From Acidimicrobiales bacterium (GTDB lineage: Bacteria > Actinomycetota > Acidimicrobiia > Acidimicrobiales > SZUA-35), in contig JBFHEP010000003.1 of the NCBI GenBank assembly GCA_041584095.1, positions 1-38,431 of the forward strand: 38,431 bases of DNA, read 5' to 3'. Position numbers and translations under genes: made by a program. Each line of letters opens with the position of its first letter. The stretch's first letter is position 1. Positions 27,164-35,946 of this stretch are shown here, one piece after another. The notes below the pieces were generated by a model that searched no databases, was not told where the DNA came from, and saw nothing but the letters and a program-made list of their open reading frames with translations.

Positions 27164-28786
27164 GTGAGCGCGTATGTCACCGAGGAGTTCACTCCGAGCG
27201 AACAAGACGTCCTTCGCCGTTACTTCACCAACCTCGATCGACCCGTTTTCGCGCTGGTCAATCTGCCGGAAGTGGTCAAAGGAGCACTGTTCGCCCGATA
27301 CTCCCGATCGTCAAAAAGCCTTCGGCGACTGTTTCTCGACGAGTTCGTCGGCGAACTCGACATCGAAGGCGACACGTCGATCGACGCCACCGTCGGGCTC
27401 GCCCAGGCCGAACGCCTCTACGATCGGATCTTCTTCGAGTACGGCGACGACTCCGTCGCCCAGCTGGGCGGCATCCACCTGGCGTGCGAGCAAGCGTCGA
27501 ACCTGCTGACCAAGATCCTCGAGTGGGGCCGTCTGGCCGCGTACCTCGAGCAGTCGACGCGCTACATCGCCTACGACTCCAGAGTCAACGGCCGGTACCG
27601 CTATTTTCGAGATCCGGATGTGTTGAGTTCCGATCTTGGCGCGCGCTACATCGGCGACATGGACCGGCTGTTCGAGATCTACAGCGGGCTCATACCGGTG
27701 CTGACCGATCATCTACGACAGGCCACGCCGAAGCTGTCGTCCGACAGCGACTTCGTCTACCGGTCGGCCATCAAAGCCAAAGCCCTCGACGCCATCCGCG
27801 GCATCCTTCCAGCAGCCGCCCAGTCGAACGTCGGGATCTACGCCACCGGGCAGAGCTACGAGCAAATGCTGATTCGCATGCGGGCCGATCCGCTACCGGA
27901 AGCCCGGTTCTACGCCGACCTGATCCTGGATGAGCTCCGGAAGGTCATCCCATCGTTCGTGAAGCGGGTCGATCTGCCCGATCGCGGCCAGGTGGCCTCG
28001 CAGTACCTCGAAGACAACCGAGCGGCCATGGAGGCCGCAACGGCGGAGCTGCTCGGTGACCCGGACGTCTACGACGATGACGAGCGAGTCGAGCTGATCG
28101 ACTTCGATCCCGACGCCGAGATCAAACTCGTGGCGTCGATGCTGTACCCCTACACCAACATGGCCGAGGCCGACATCGAGGCCAAGGTCCGGGTGATGTC
28201 GATCGACGATCGACTGAGAGTCATCAGAGCCTACGCCGGCGACCGCACCAATCGCCGGCACCGGCCGGGGCGAGCGCTGGAGCGGCCGTTCTACCGATTC
28301 GACATCCTCGCCGACTACGGCGCATTCCGCGATCTGCAGCGCCATCGAATGCTCACCGTCGAGTGGCAGAAACTCAATCCGCGTCACGGCTACACCCGCC
28401 CACCGCTGGTCGACGAGGTCGGTGCCACCGACCAGTTCGACGATGCCATGGAACGGTCGTCCGGACTGTACGAGGCACTTCACGAGCGCGGCTTCGAGGC
28501 TCAGGCCTCCTACGCCGTGTCGCTCGCCTACCGATTGCGGTTCAATCTGAACCTCAACGCCCGTTCGGCGATGCACACCACCGAACTTCGTTCGACGCCT
28601 CAGGGGCATCCGGCATATCGGTCGGTGGCCCAGAAGATGCACAAACTGATCGCCGAAAGAGCAGGCCATCACGCGATTGCGGCTATGATGTCGTTCGTCA
28701 ACCACTCCTCTGAGGCGGAGCTAGAGCGGTTGGATGCAGAAAGACGGGCAGAAGCGAAGCGGACGGGTAGCGCCGCCCAACTGTAG
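27164..28786 (+). CDS. thyX: Flavin-dependent thymidylate synthase, long tandem-domain form
   Basis: ARYSRS, YGDDSVAQL, EQSTRY and FRDLQRHR motifs; 540 aa, about two Thy1 domains. Confidence 0.88.
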   Translation: MSAYVTEEFTPSEQDVLRRYFTNLDRPVFALVNLPEVVKGALFARYSRSSKSLRRLFLDEFVGELDIEGDTSIDATVGLAQAERLYDRIFFEYGDDSVAQLGGIHLACEQASNLLTKILEWGRLAAYLEQSTRYIAYDSRVNGRYRYFRDPDVLSSDLGARYIGDMDRLFEIYSGLIPVLTDHLRQATPKLSSDSDFVYRSAIKAKALDAIRGILPAAAQSNVGIYATGQSYEQMLIRMRADPLPEARFYADLILDELRKVIPSFVKRVDLPDRGQVASQYLEDNRAAMEAATAELLGDPDVYDDDERVELIDFDPDAEIKLVASMLYPYTNMAEADIEAKVRVMSIDDRLRVIRAYAGDRTNRRHRPGRALERPFYRFDILADYGAFRDLQRHRMLTVEWQKLNPRHGYTRPPLVDEVGATDQFDDAMERSSGLYEALHERGFEAQASYAVSLAYRLRFNLNLNARSAMHTTELRSTPQGHPAYRSVAQKMHKLIAERAGHHAIAAMMSFVNHSSEAELERLDAERRAEAKRTGSAAQL

Positions 28787-28833
28787 TGCCCGGAGCTCGG
28801 TGGGAGCTCACCGTCTTTTTGCAGGAGGGGCAT

Positions 28834-29727
28834 ATGGCCCGCAATTCCGTAGATCACTCGCCTCGTCGCCAGGTCGGCTCCGTCGGCAGTCGTGGCGCGC
28901 TCAGAACCGCGGTGGTGGCGCTGGCTCTCATTCTCTTGACCCCGTCCGTGGCGGCGGCCCATGACCGGTATGTCGTGCAACCCGGCGACAGCCTGTCGGT
29001 CATCGCGAAACGCCACGGCGTGTCCCTGTCGGTCCTCGCGGCCGACAACGGGATCTCGAACCTGCACCTGATACGGGTCGGGCAGGTCCTCCGGATACCC
29101 GACGGCGGCGCCACCACCTACACGGTCAAAGCCGGGGATACCGTGAGCGAGATCGCAGCGGCCGCCGGTATCTCCACCCGGGTCCTGATCGACAGCAACG
29201 GGCTCGGCAACGCCGACCTTATCCGAATCGGCCAGAAGCTGACCGTTCCCGCCGGAACGCGGACGAGTCCGGCCAATCCGGCGGCGGGCTACAACAATCT
29301 GCCCTCGAAGCTTCGGGCCAATCCCAGCCGGCTCACCCTGATCCCGTCGTTCGAGAAGTGGTCGAAGCACTACGGTGTGCCGACCGACCTGGTCATGGCG
29401 GTGGCATACCGGGAGTCCGGCTGGCAGACCAACGTGGTGAGCCCAGCGGGCGCAATCGGCGTCGGTCAGATACTGCCTCGTACGGCGGACTGGATCGCAG
29501 GTGATCTCATTCAGATACCGGAACTCGATCCGTACAATCCCGATGACAACATCCGGATGAGTGCCCGATTTCTCGCATGGCTCATCGGCTACACGGGGTC
29601 GACCGATGCGGCCCTGGCGGGCTACTACCAGGGGCTGGGCTCCGTGGCCGCCCGCGGCTACTACGACGACACACAGGCATACATCGCAAACATCGCCCAG
29701 ATCCGCTCGCTGTTCACCAAAGGCTGA
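28834..29727 (+). CDS. Secreted LysM(x2) plus SLT lytic transglycosylase
   Basis: Signal peptide ending AAA, YVVQPGDSLS and YTVKAGDTVS LysM repeats, RESGW, SPAGAIGVGQI and AGYY motifs; AGGAGG RBS. Confidence 0.92.
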   Translation: MARNSVDHSPRRQVGSVGSRGALRTAVVALALILLTPSVAAAHDRYVVQPGDSLSVIAKRHGVSLSVLAADNGISNLHLIRVGQVLRIPDGGATTYTVKAGDTVSEIAAAAGISTRVLIDSNGLGNADLIRIGQKLTVPAGTRTSPANPAAGYNNLPSKLRANPSRLTLIPSFEKWSKHYGVPTDLVMAVAYRESGWQTNVVSPAGAIGVGQILPRTADWIAGDLIQIPELDPYNPDDNIRMSARFLAWLIGYTGSTDAALAGYYQGLGSVAARGYYDDTQAYIANIAQIRSLFTKG

Positions 29728-29791
29728 GCGGACCGGGCTCGACGATCCCTCGGCGGCCGGCGGGTGATCTCTGGCAATGTCCCGGACGCGA

Positions 29792-29805
29792 ACTTTGGCC
29801 AAAGT
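29792..29805. promoter_or_regulatory. Perfect 14-bp palindrome ACTTTGGCCAAAGT, possible operator or hairpin
   Basis: Read directly in the 260-bp intergenic gap; flanked by cgcg on both sides. Confidence 0.35.
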
Positions 29806-29988
29806 CCCGCGCGCCCACGCTCGACATGGAATGATGGCTCGAGGATTGAGGGCCGCCACCGATGCGCTGCGGGAATGCCGCGACGAAATCGGGAGTTTGC
29901 AAAAAAGAATTGTTCGGAGTGGTAGAAACGGCGGAATGTGAGGCTAGAGTCCGGCCGTCCTGCTCAAGTCAATTGTGAGGCACCATCG

Positions 29989-30507
29989 ATGATTGACGAT
30001 CTTGATGATGAACTGGAAGAGAACGACGACTTCGACGACGACGACATCGATGACGACGATCTGGACGATGAAGATCCCGATGACGACGACCTCGATATCG
30101 ACGACGAGGACATCGACCTCGACGACGATGATCTCGACGACGATCTCGACGAAGACCTCGACGTGTTCGACGATGATGACGACGACGAGGATGAGGACGA
30201 CGACGAGGAAGAGGAGCCACGGCCCCGGGCCCGCAAGCTGTCCTCGGACGACGACGATGACGACGACGATCTCGATCCCGACGACGTCGAGGCCGACCTC
30301 GACGCGATTCTGCGTGACCGGCTGGCCGCGTCCGAAGACGACGATGACGGTGAGGAGGGGTCGGCCACCCCGGCCGGAGGAGGGGGTCCGCGAGGCGAAG
30401 AGTTTCCCTGTCCGAGCTGCTTCCTTCTCGTCAACCGCAGCCAGGTGGCCAAGCAGGCCGAACCGAGTTGCCCGCACTGCGGCGAGCCGCTGAGCCTCAC
30501 GGGTTGA
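29989..30507 (+). CDS. Extremely acidic protein with C-terminal zinc ribbon (DUF4193-like)
   Basis: Long Asp/Glu tracts, then EEFPCPSCFLLVNRSQ...CPHC, resembling the DUF4193 'EFxCxSCFL...CxxC' tail; GAC/GAG codon usage supports coding. Confidence 0.75.
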   Translation: MIDDLDDELEENDDFDDDDIDDDDLDDEDPDDDDLDIDDEDIDLDDDDLDDDLDEDLDVFDDDDDDEDEDDDEEEEPRPRARKLSSDDDDDDDDLDPDDVEADLDAILRDRLAASEDDDDGEEGSATPAGGGGPRGEEFPCPSCFLLVNRSQVAKQAEPSCPHCGEPLSLTG

Positions 30508-30546
30508 ACTTGGCGGCGGGCGTCTCGGGTGTGAAAAGGTAGACCC

Positions 30547-31164
30547 ATGACCGAGCAGGCCGACGACAATCCACTGGAGCAGCTCATCGAGCTGTTCGTC
30601 TACGCACCGATCGGGATGTTGTACGAGTACCCGGAGGTGCTTCCCCGATTGATCAGGAAGGGCCGCAGCCAGGTCCAGCTCGCAAAGTTCTTCGGACAGA
30701 TGGCGGCCAAACAGGGCGGCGCATCGATTCCCGACTCCGCTCTGGCCGGCGCCGGAACCGCCGGGACGGCCGGCTCCCACGCCGCCGACGCCGTTGCCAA
30801 AGTGGCCGCTCGATTCATCACCGAACTCGGCGCCCAGGTGGGGCTTGCACCACCCTCGTCCGGTGCGACGTCGACCCCGTCGGCCGACGAGGCCGGACGG
30901 CCGGCCGAGTCGAGGGCAAACGGTGATGCAGCGGGTGTGGCCGACGGCGCGTCCACCGGCACCGATGCCCCGACGCCGGCGAAGGCTGCTTCGATCAAGA
31001 AGGCCCGACTCCCGATCGCCGGCTACGACGACCTGACGGCCAAGGAGATCATCGGGTTGCTCGAGGATCTGACCCAGAGTCAGCTGCTACGGGTACGGAA
31101 ACATGAAGCTTCCCATCGGAACCGCAAGACGGTGCTGGCCAAGATCGACCGGCTCGTCCCGTGA
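30547..31164 (+). CDS. Hypothetical protein with the actinobacterial C-terminal 'LPIxGYDDL...E..HxNRKTVL' helical domain
   Basis: Ordered N-terminus (LFVYAPIG), Ala/Gly-rich linker and conserved-looking C-terminus; AAGG RBS; GTGA overlap with the next gene. Confidence 0.75.
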   Translation: MTEQADDNPLEQLIELFVYAPIGMLYEYPEVLPRLIRKGRSQVQLAKFFGQMAAKQGGASIPDSALAGAGTAGTAGSHAADAVAKVAARFITELGAQVGLAPPSSGATSTPSADEAGRPAESRANGDAAGVADGASTGTDAPTPAKAASIKKARLPIAGYDDLTAKEIIGLLEDLTQSQLLRVRKHEASHRNRKTVLAKIDRLVP

Positions 31165-31679
31165 CCGAAACGGTGGGCACCGAAGCCCTGGACGACATCG
31201 GTGCATCCCACCGGCCGGCGGTACCGGATGACGTCGAGACCCTCGTTCGCATCGCAGTCGACCACGCCTCCCGGATCGGCGGGGATCGGGGGGCCGACCT
31301 GTTGCTGCGGCGGGAGCTGTGCTACACGGAAGAGGAACTTCGCGCCCGGCTCGTCGCTGCCATCGAGGATTCCGACGCCCTGCTGGTCGTCGGCACCTAC
31401 CAAGGGGTCGTCTTCGGCTATGCGCTTGCCGTCTTCGAGCAGCTTGACGACGGCGGTAGGCTGACCAGGGTCGAGCATTTGATCGTTGAACCCGACGCCC
31501 GAGAGGTCGGCATCGGCGAGACGATCATGAACGCCATCGTCGACGAATCCCGCTCCCGGGGCTGTATCGGTATCGACGCCATCGCGTTGCCGGGCGATCG
31601 GGAGACGAAGAACTTCTTCGAATCGTTCGGTCTGAAAGCGCGCCAGTTGGTGGTCCACCGGTCGCTCTCGGAGGACTGA
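31161..31679 (+). CDS. GNAT-family N-acetyltransferase
   Basis: VEHLIVEPDAREVGIG (motif A) and KNFFESFG motifs. Confidence 0.85.
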   Translation: MTETVGTEALDDIGASHRPAVPDDVETLVRIAVDHASRIGGDRGADLLLRRELCYTEEELRARLVAAIEDSDALLVVGTYQGVVFGYALAVFEQLDDGGRLTRVEHLIVEPDAREVGIGETIMNAIVDESRSRGCIGIDAIALPGDRETKNFFESFGLKARQLVVHRSLSED

Positions 31680-31689
31680 GCGTTCGACC

Positions 31690-32163
31690 GTGTCGCCAAG
31701 GGAGAAGGCGAACCCGATGAGATCATCGACGGAAGCGACACCCCGTCCCGTGCTGGCCGTCGGAGCCATCGTCACCGTCGACAAGCACCTGCTTCTGGTG
31801 ACGCGGGTAAACGCACCCGCCACGGGCAAGTGGACAGTGCCCGGAGGCCGGGTGGAGGCTGGGGAGTCGATGACCGAGGCCGTGGTGCGTGAGGTCGCCG
31901 AGGAGACCGGCCTGGTTGTGGAATGCGGCTCGCTCGTCGGTTGGGTCGAGCGAATCGGCCCCGGATTTCACTTCGTCATCTTCGACTTCCTGGCCTCGCC
32001 GATTGAGACATCACCCGCCGGCGGATCGACGCTGGTACCGCTCACCGCTGGCGACGATGCCGGTCAGGCCCGCTGGGTTCCGTTCGAGGACCTTCCCACG
32101 GTGGATCTCGTTTCGGGCCTCCTCGACTTCCTCCGGGAGCACGGCGTCGTCGGAACGGGATGA
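31690..32163 (+). CDS. NUDIX hydrolase
   Basis: Nudix box PGGRVEAGESMTEAVVREVAEETG plus AGDDA; start 31690 or 31717. Confidence 0.92.
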   Translation: MSPREKANPMRSSTEATPRPVLAVGAIVTVDKHLLLVTRVNAPATGKWTVPGGRVEAGESMTEAVVREVAEETGLVVECGSLVGWVERIGPGFHFVIFDFLASPIETSPAGGSTLVPLTAGDDAGQARWVPFEDLPTVDLVSGLLDFLREHGVVGTG

Positions 32164-32232
32164 AACGGTGGGCGGGAGGTGCAGCAGCTCGTGTAGCGTT
32201 GCCTCAGGCGGTCGTGCGAACAGGAGGTCGCC

Positions 32233-32901
32233 GTGAAACGATTCGATCGGATTGAACGGCTTGATCCGGCTGGGGCACTCGAAGGTTGGCCGCACGGACC
32301 CGGCGCACCTCTTCGAGCCACTCAGGCTGCGCTGCACAAGGCCGCTTGGGCCGACTCGATCATCATCGTCGAGGGCATCAGCGATCAGATCGCGGTCGAA
32401 ACGCTGGCCCGGCGACGGGGACGTGATCTGGAATCGGAGGGTGTTGTGGTGCTACCGGTCGGGGGTGCCCAGGCAGTGGCCCGCTACCTCCGGCGGTTCG
32501 GGCCCCACGGCGAACGCCGACACCTCGCCGGTCTTTGCGATGCCGACGCCGCCGAACTCGTGCGGCGGGGCCTGCATCAATGTGGTGTTGGGACGCCGGC
32601 CACCGTCGACGCCATGGCCGATCTGGGATTTCACGTGTGCGTCGAGGATCTGGAGGACGAACTGATTCGAGCGGTCGGGCCCGCAGTCGTCGAGCGGATC
32701 CTCCACGCCGAGGGTGAGTTGCGGGCCTTTCGTACGTTCCAGCGACAGCCGGAATGGCGGGGGAGTCCCACGGATTCTCAGCTTCAACGCTTTCTCGGGT
32801 CCAAGTCCAGGCGGACTCTCCGCTACGCCAGGCTCTTGGTCGAAGCCGTCGAACCCGGAGCGGTGCCGGCTCCGCTCAACGCCGTCCTCGACGACGTTTG
32901 A
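32233..32901 (+). CDS. Stand-alone OLD-type TOPRIM domain protein
   Basis: IIVEGISD, VLPVGG, LCDAD (DxD) and DLEDEL motifs; AGGAGG RBS; no Walker A motif. Confidence 0.8.
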   Translation: MKRFDRIERLDPAGALEGWPHGPGAPLRATQAALHKAAWADSIIIVEGISDQIAVETLARRRGRDLESEGVVVLPVGGAQAVARYLRRFGPHGERRHLAGLCDADAAELVRRGLHQCGVGTPATVDAMADLGFHVCVEDLEDELIRAVGPAVVERILHAEGELRAFRTFQRQPEWRGSPTDSQLQRFLGSKSRRTLRYARLLVEAVEPGAVPAPLNAVLDDV

Positions 32902-32951
32902 CGTCGGCCTGGATGGCGATCCGCCGTAGCTCCGCCGGGTCGTCGAACGGA

Positions 32952-33021
32952 CCGGTTTGATGGCGAAGCGGAACGAATGGACAATTCTTCGCATCCGTCG
33001 GTTGCGCGTCATTCAAACCGG
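32952..33021. terminator. Long imperfect hairpin between convergent genes
   Basis: ccggtttga (32952-32960) pairs with tcaaaccgg (33013-33021), with inner cgga/tccg and cgaa/ttcg pairings. Confidence 0.45.
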
Positions 33022-33050
33022 AGTGGGCGCCGAAGACCACGTTGGGCGGA

Positions 33051-34658
33051 CTACTCCTCTTCGGAATCGGTCGACGAAACCTCTTCGTCACCTGCATCGG
33101 CGGTATCAACCGCTGCGGATTCGGCTCCAGTGTCGGATTCAGCGGCCGGCTCGACCATGTCTACAGGCGTAGGCGCGGCGCCGTCCTCGTGAGCGCCGGC
33201 TTCCGACTCGGCCTCCGGCTCCGTCAGCTCCTCAGCACCGGCGCCGGGCTCGGGCTCAGCAGGCTCAGGCGCTTCTGCTTGCGACTCGGCCTTCACCACC
33301 GCCTCGACCTCGGTCTCCGGCTCGGCCTGGGTTTCGGCGGGGGCGGCCTCCGGCGTGGGATCGCTCGTCGACTCCGCCGTTTCCGCCTCGGCCTTCACCA
33401 CCGCCTCGGCCTTGGCCGCCGCCTTCGACCCGGCCCGTTTCTTGGTTTTCTTCGGCTTGCGGTCTTGTGTCTTGCCGCCCGAACGAGCCGGTCGGCGTCG
33501 CTTCGCCCGGCGCGGCACCTGGGCCGGGTCGATCCCGAACATGTTGGCGATCCCCGGTAGGCGGTCGGATAGCCGGCGTACCTCGTCGAGCAGTTCCTCG
33601 CCCGGCTCAGCCGGAATCCCGACCGGGGTAACCGCCCCACGAACCGGCGAGAATGCCAGCGCGTCGAGAACGATGGCCCAGCGCGACTGCTCCACGTCGG
33701 GAGCCAATGCCGCTGTCGCCTGCTTCGACAGCTCGCCGGCCAGCTCGGTTGGCAGGGGAGCTCCGGCCTTGACGGGTCGAGACGACAACCGCAGTGCCCT
33801 CACCACACGACCATCGGCAACCGCGTTGCGCAGATCGGACAGCCACTGTCCGTGATCCTTTTCCATTCGCTCATCCAGCGCTGACTTCAGCTGCTCGGCG
33901 AGGGCGCGGCTCTCATCGTCGCGAGCGACATCGTTGCCGACGACAACCACCTGGCGTAGATCCCGAAGATCGAGATCGTCGATCGTTGCCAGTGCGGCGT
34001 CAGCCCGATCCCGCCACTCTGCGAGTCGGGCGGCGGCCAGGTTGCGCTCGGCGATGGCCAGGATCGGGGCTGCGTCGATCTCCGGTTTGCCCGCTTCCTT
34101 CGCCTCTGCATTCTGTTTCTCGATGGCGGCGCGCACGCCGGGCATACCGTCGCGGACGACCTGCTCGACGATCGGGCGATGCTCCTCGGTGACCGACGCC
34201 AGCAGTGCGTCGCGGTGTTCCCGTTTCGGCCGGAGCCGCTTCGGTTTCGGCCGCTGCGGACGATCGGGGCGGGCTTCCTCGCGATTCGACCCGCCTCGCC
34301 GGTCCCGTCGGTCACCCCGATCGGACCGACCGGGACGGTCGCCGCGCCTTCCACGGTCGCCACGGTCACGGCGGGCCACCCGCTGTGTGGTCACGAGCTC
34401 GTCGTCCCGCAGCGGACGGGACTTGAGTTCGAGCACGTCGCCACGTTCCTTCTTTGCTTTCGGAGGAAAGACCTCCACGATCTCAATGCCGTCGAGATGG
34501 AAGTCGGCCTCGACCTTCACCACGTCGCCGACCTTCGCCTCGGCGTAGAGGAGGTCTCCACTGAGTTCGCCTTTGGGCTGCCTGGCCCCGGCGGCCCGCC
34601 AGGTCCAGGAACCGTCGTCCCGGGTGCTCGTGAGTTCAACTTCGATTCTGCGGCCCAC
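33051..34658 (-). CDS. Hypothetical protein: beta-rich N-domain, Arg/Asp/Gly disordered linker, helical core, basic then acidic tail
   Basis: Long ORF with natural composition and GC3 bias; start re-called to GTG 34658, 7 nt after TAGGTT (34666-34671). Confidence 0.8.
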   Translation of the reverse strand: MGRRIEVELTSTRDDGSWTWRAAGARQPKGELSGDLLYAEAKVGDVVKVEADFHLDGIEIVEVFPPKAKKERGDVLELKSRPLRDDELVTTQRVARRDRGDRGRRGDRPGRSDRGDRRDRRGGSNREEARPDRPQRPKPKRLRPKREHRDALLASVTEEHRPIVEQVVRDGMPGVRAAIEKQNAEAKEAGKPEIDAAPILAIAERNLAAARLAEWRDRADAALATIDDLDLRDLRQVVVVGNDVARDDESRALAEQLKSALDERMEKDHGQWLSDLRNAVADGRVVRALRLSSRPVKAGAPLPTELAGELSKQATAALAPDVEQSRWAIVLDALAFSPVRGAVTPVGIPAEPGEELLDEVRRLSDRLPGIANMFGIDPAQVPRRAKRRRPARSGGKTQDRKPKKTKKRAGSKAAAKAEAVVKAEAETAESTSDPTPEAAPAETQAEPETEVEAVVKAESQAEAPEPAEPEPGAGAEELTEPEAESEAGAHEDGAAPTPVDMVEPAAESDTGAESAAVDTADAGDEEVSSTDSEEE

Positions 34659-34968
34659 AGTGAAGAACCTACCCTTTTTCGTTGCGGTGCCACCCCGAAT
34701 CACGATGGAGCCGCACCTTCGATGCTCACCGGCGCGGCGTCCAACGGTCGCCGAGCCGGTTGATGTCAAGAAATGGATCCGATGAAAGCTGCGTACCGGA
34801 CCACGACGTCAACGCTGCGCCACCAAGCCAGACAACGGCAAAATGGCGGACGGCTTCAAAGCCTATTGGGCATCCCCGGGCCTCCACGCCCCGCGCGGGA
34901 GGTGAAATGCAGGTGACACAAGGCACACGACGTCGCCGGCACCGGGGGAGTGACGCCGGTGTCCGGCG

Positions 34969-35946
34969 TCAGTCGGTCGACGGCGTTCCGGTGGTCTTTC
35001 GCAGCGCCCGATACGCATCGTTGGAGCGTGCCGCCTGCCTGATCTCCCGAGCGGTGGCGTCGACATACCGCTGGGTGGTCGCCAGCGACTCGTGACCCAG
35101 AAGACGCTGTAGCTCGGTGCCCGATGCGCCGTTGCGGGCCAGGCTCGTCGCGAACGTGTGCCTCAGGGCGTGGACCAGCGCACCGGCCGGCACCTTCGTT
35201 CGAATGCCCGCTTCCCGATAGAGCTGATCGACCAGATATTGCAACGCACCCCGCTTCATCGGTTCGCCGCTGTTAGCCACGAACAGCGCGTCATCGGACG
35301 CGATACGGCCCGGAAAGCGTCGAAGCCGACTCTCGATGTAGGTCTTGATGACCTCCTCGACCTCCGGCTCCAGCGGAACAGTCCGTTCCTTGTTGCCCTT
35401 ACCCCGCACGCCGATGACCCGGTCACCGGGCGCTCCGTCGATACTACGCATGGTCAGGTCGAGCAGCTCGGACAGTCGGAGTCCACAAGTCAGGAGCGTC
35501 ACGATCACCGCGAAGTCGCGTTCCGGCCAGGGATCACGAGCTCCCTGCCGACCTTTCGAGGCGGCGATGATGAGGCGTTCGATACTATCGTCGCCAACGA
35601 TGGCCTTGGGTCGGCTCTTCGGTACTCTCGGCTTCTCGACGGCGGCCATGGGGTTTCCCGGCAACACCTGCTCGGCCACCAGGAAGGCGAACAGCTGATT
35701 CCAGGTCGACCACGTTCGAGAAATGGTCGCGGCTGACTGGTGGGAGATGTTGGCGAAGGCGCGACGCAGCGTCTTCACGTCGAGATCCGAGACCGAGAGC
35801 TGCTCCGCCGGTCGACCGGTCACCGTCTCCAGTTGAGCGATTATGGCGGCCAGATCACGACGATAGGCGTCGAGGGTGTGCCGGGAATGCTTGCGCGGCA
35901 TCCGGGCCAGGAAGAAGTCGTCGACCGCCTCGGTCACGCCGATCAT
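34969..35946 (-). CDS. Tyrosine recombinase, XerC/XerD-like
   Basis: N-terminal SAM-like domain (HTLDAYRRDL, SAATISR) and full catalytic set GLRLSEL, GKGNKER, HALRH, LLGH, TTQRY. Confidence 0.92.
   Translation of the reverse strand: MIGVTEAVDDFFLARMPRKHSRHTLDAYRRDLAAIIAQLETVTGRPAEQLSVSDLDVKTLRRAFANISHQSAATISRTWSTWNQLFAFLVAEQVLPGNPMAAVEKPRVPKSRPKAIVGDDSIERLIIAASKGRQGARDPWPERDFAVIVTLLTCGLRLSELLDLTMRSIDGAPGDRVIGVRGKGNKERTVPLEPEVEEVIKTYIESRLRRFPGRIASDDALFVANSGEPMKRGALQYLVDQLYREAGIRTKVPAGALVHALRHTFATSLARNGASGTELQRLLGHESLATTQRYVDATAREIRQAARSNDAYRALRKTTGTPSTD

Noticed and set aside
29964-30587. Poly-Ser antisense ORF and poly-Thr alternate-frame ORF
   Set aside because: By-products of the GAC/GAT repeats of the Asp-rich gene.
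34672-34968. Structured ncRNA in the 300-bp gap
   Set aside because: Only generic GC-rich hairpins (e.g. gccggcaccgg/ccggtgtccggc just after the xer stop, probably a terminator); no recognisable family.
34969-35946. Prophage or ICE integrase marking a mobile element
   Set aside because: No tRNA, att repeats, excisionase or phage/conjugation genes, and no visible composition shift; size and domains fit a Xer-like enzyme.
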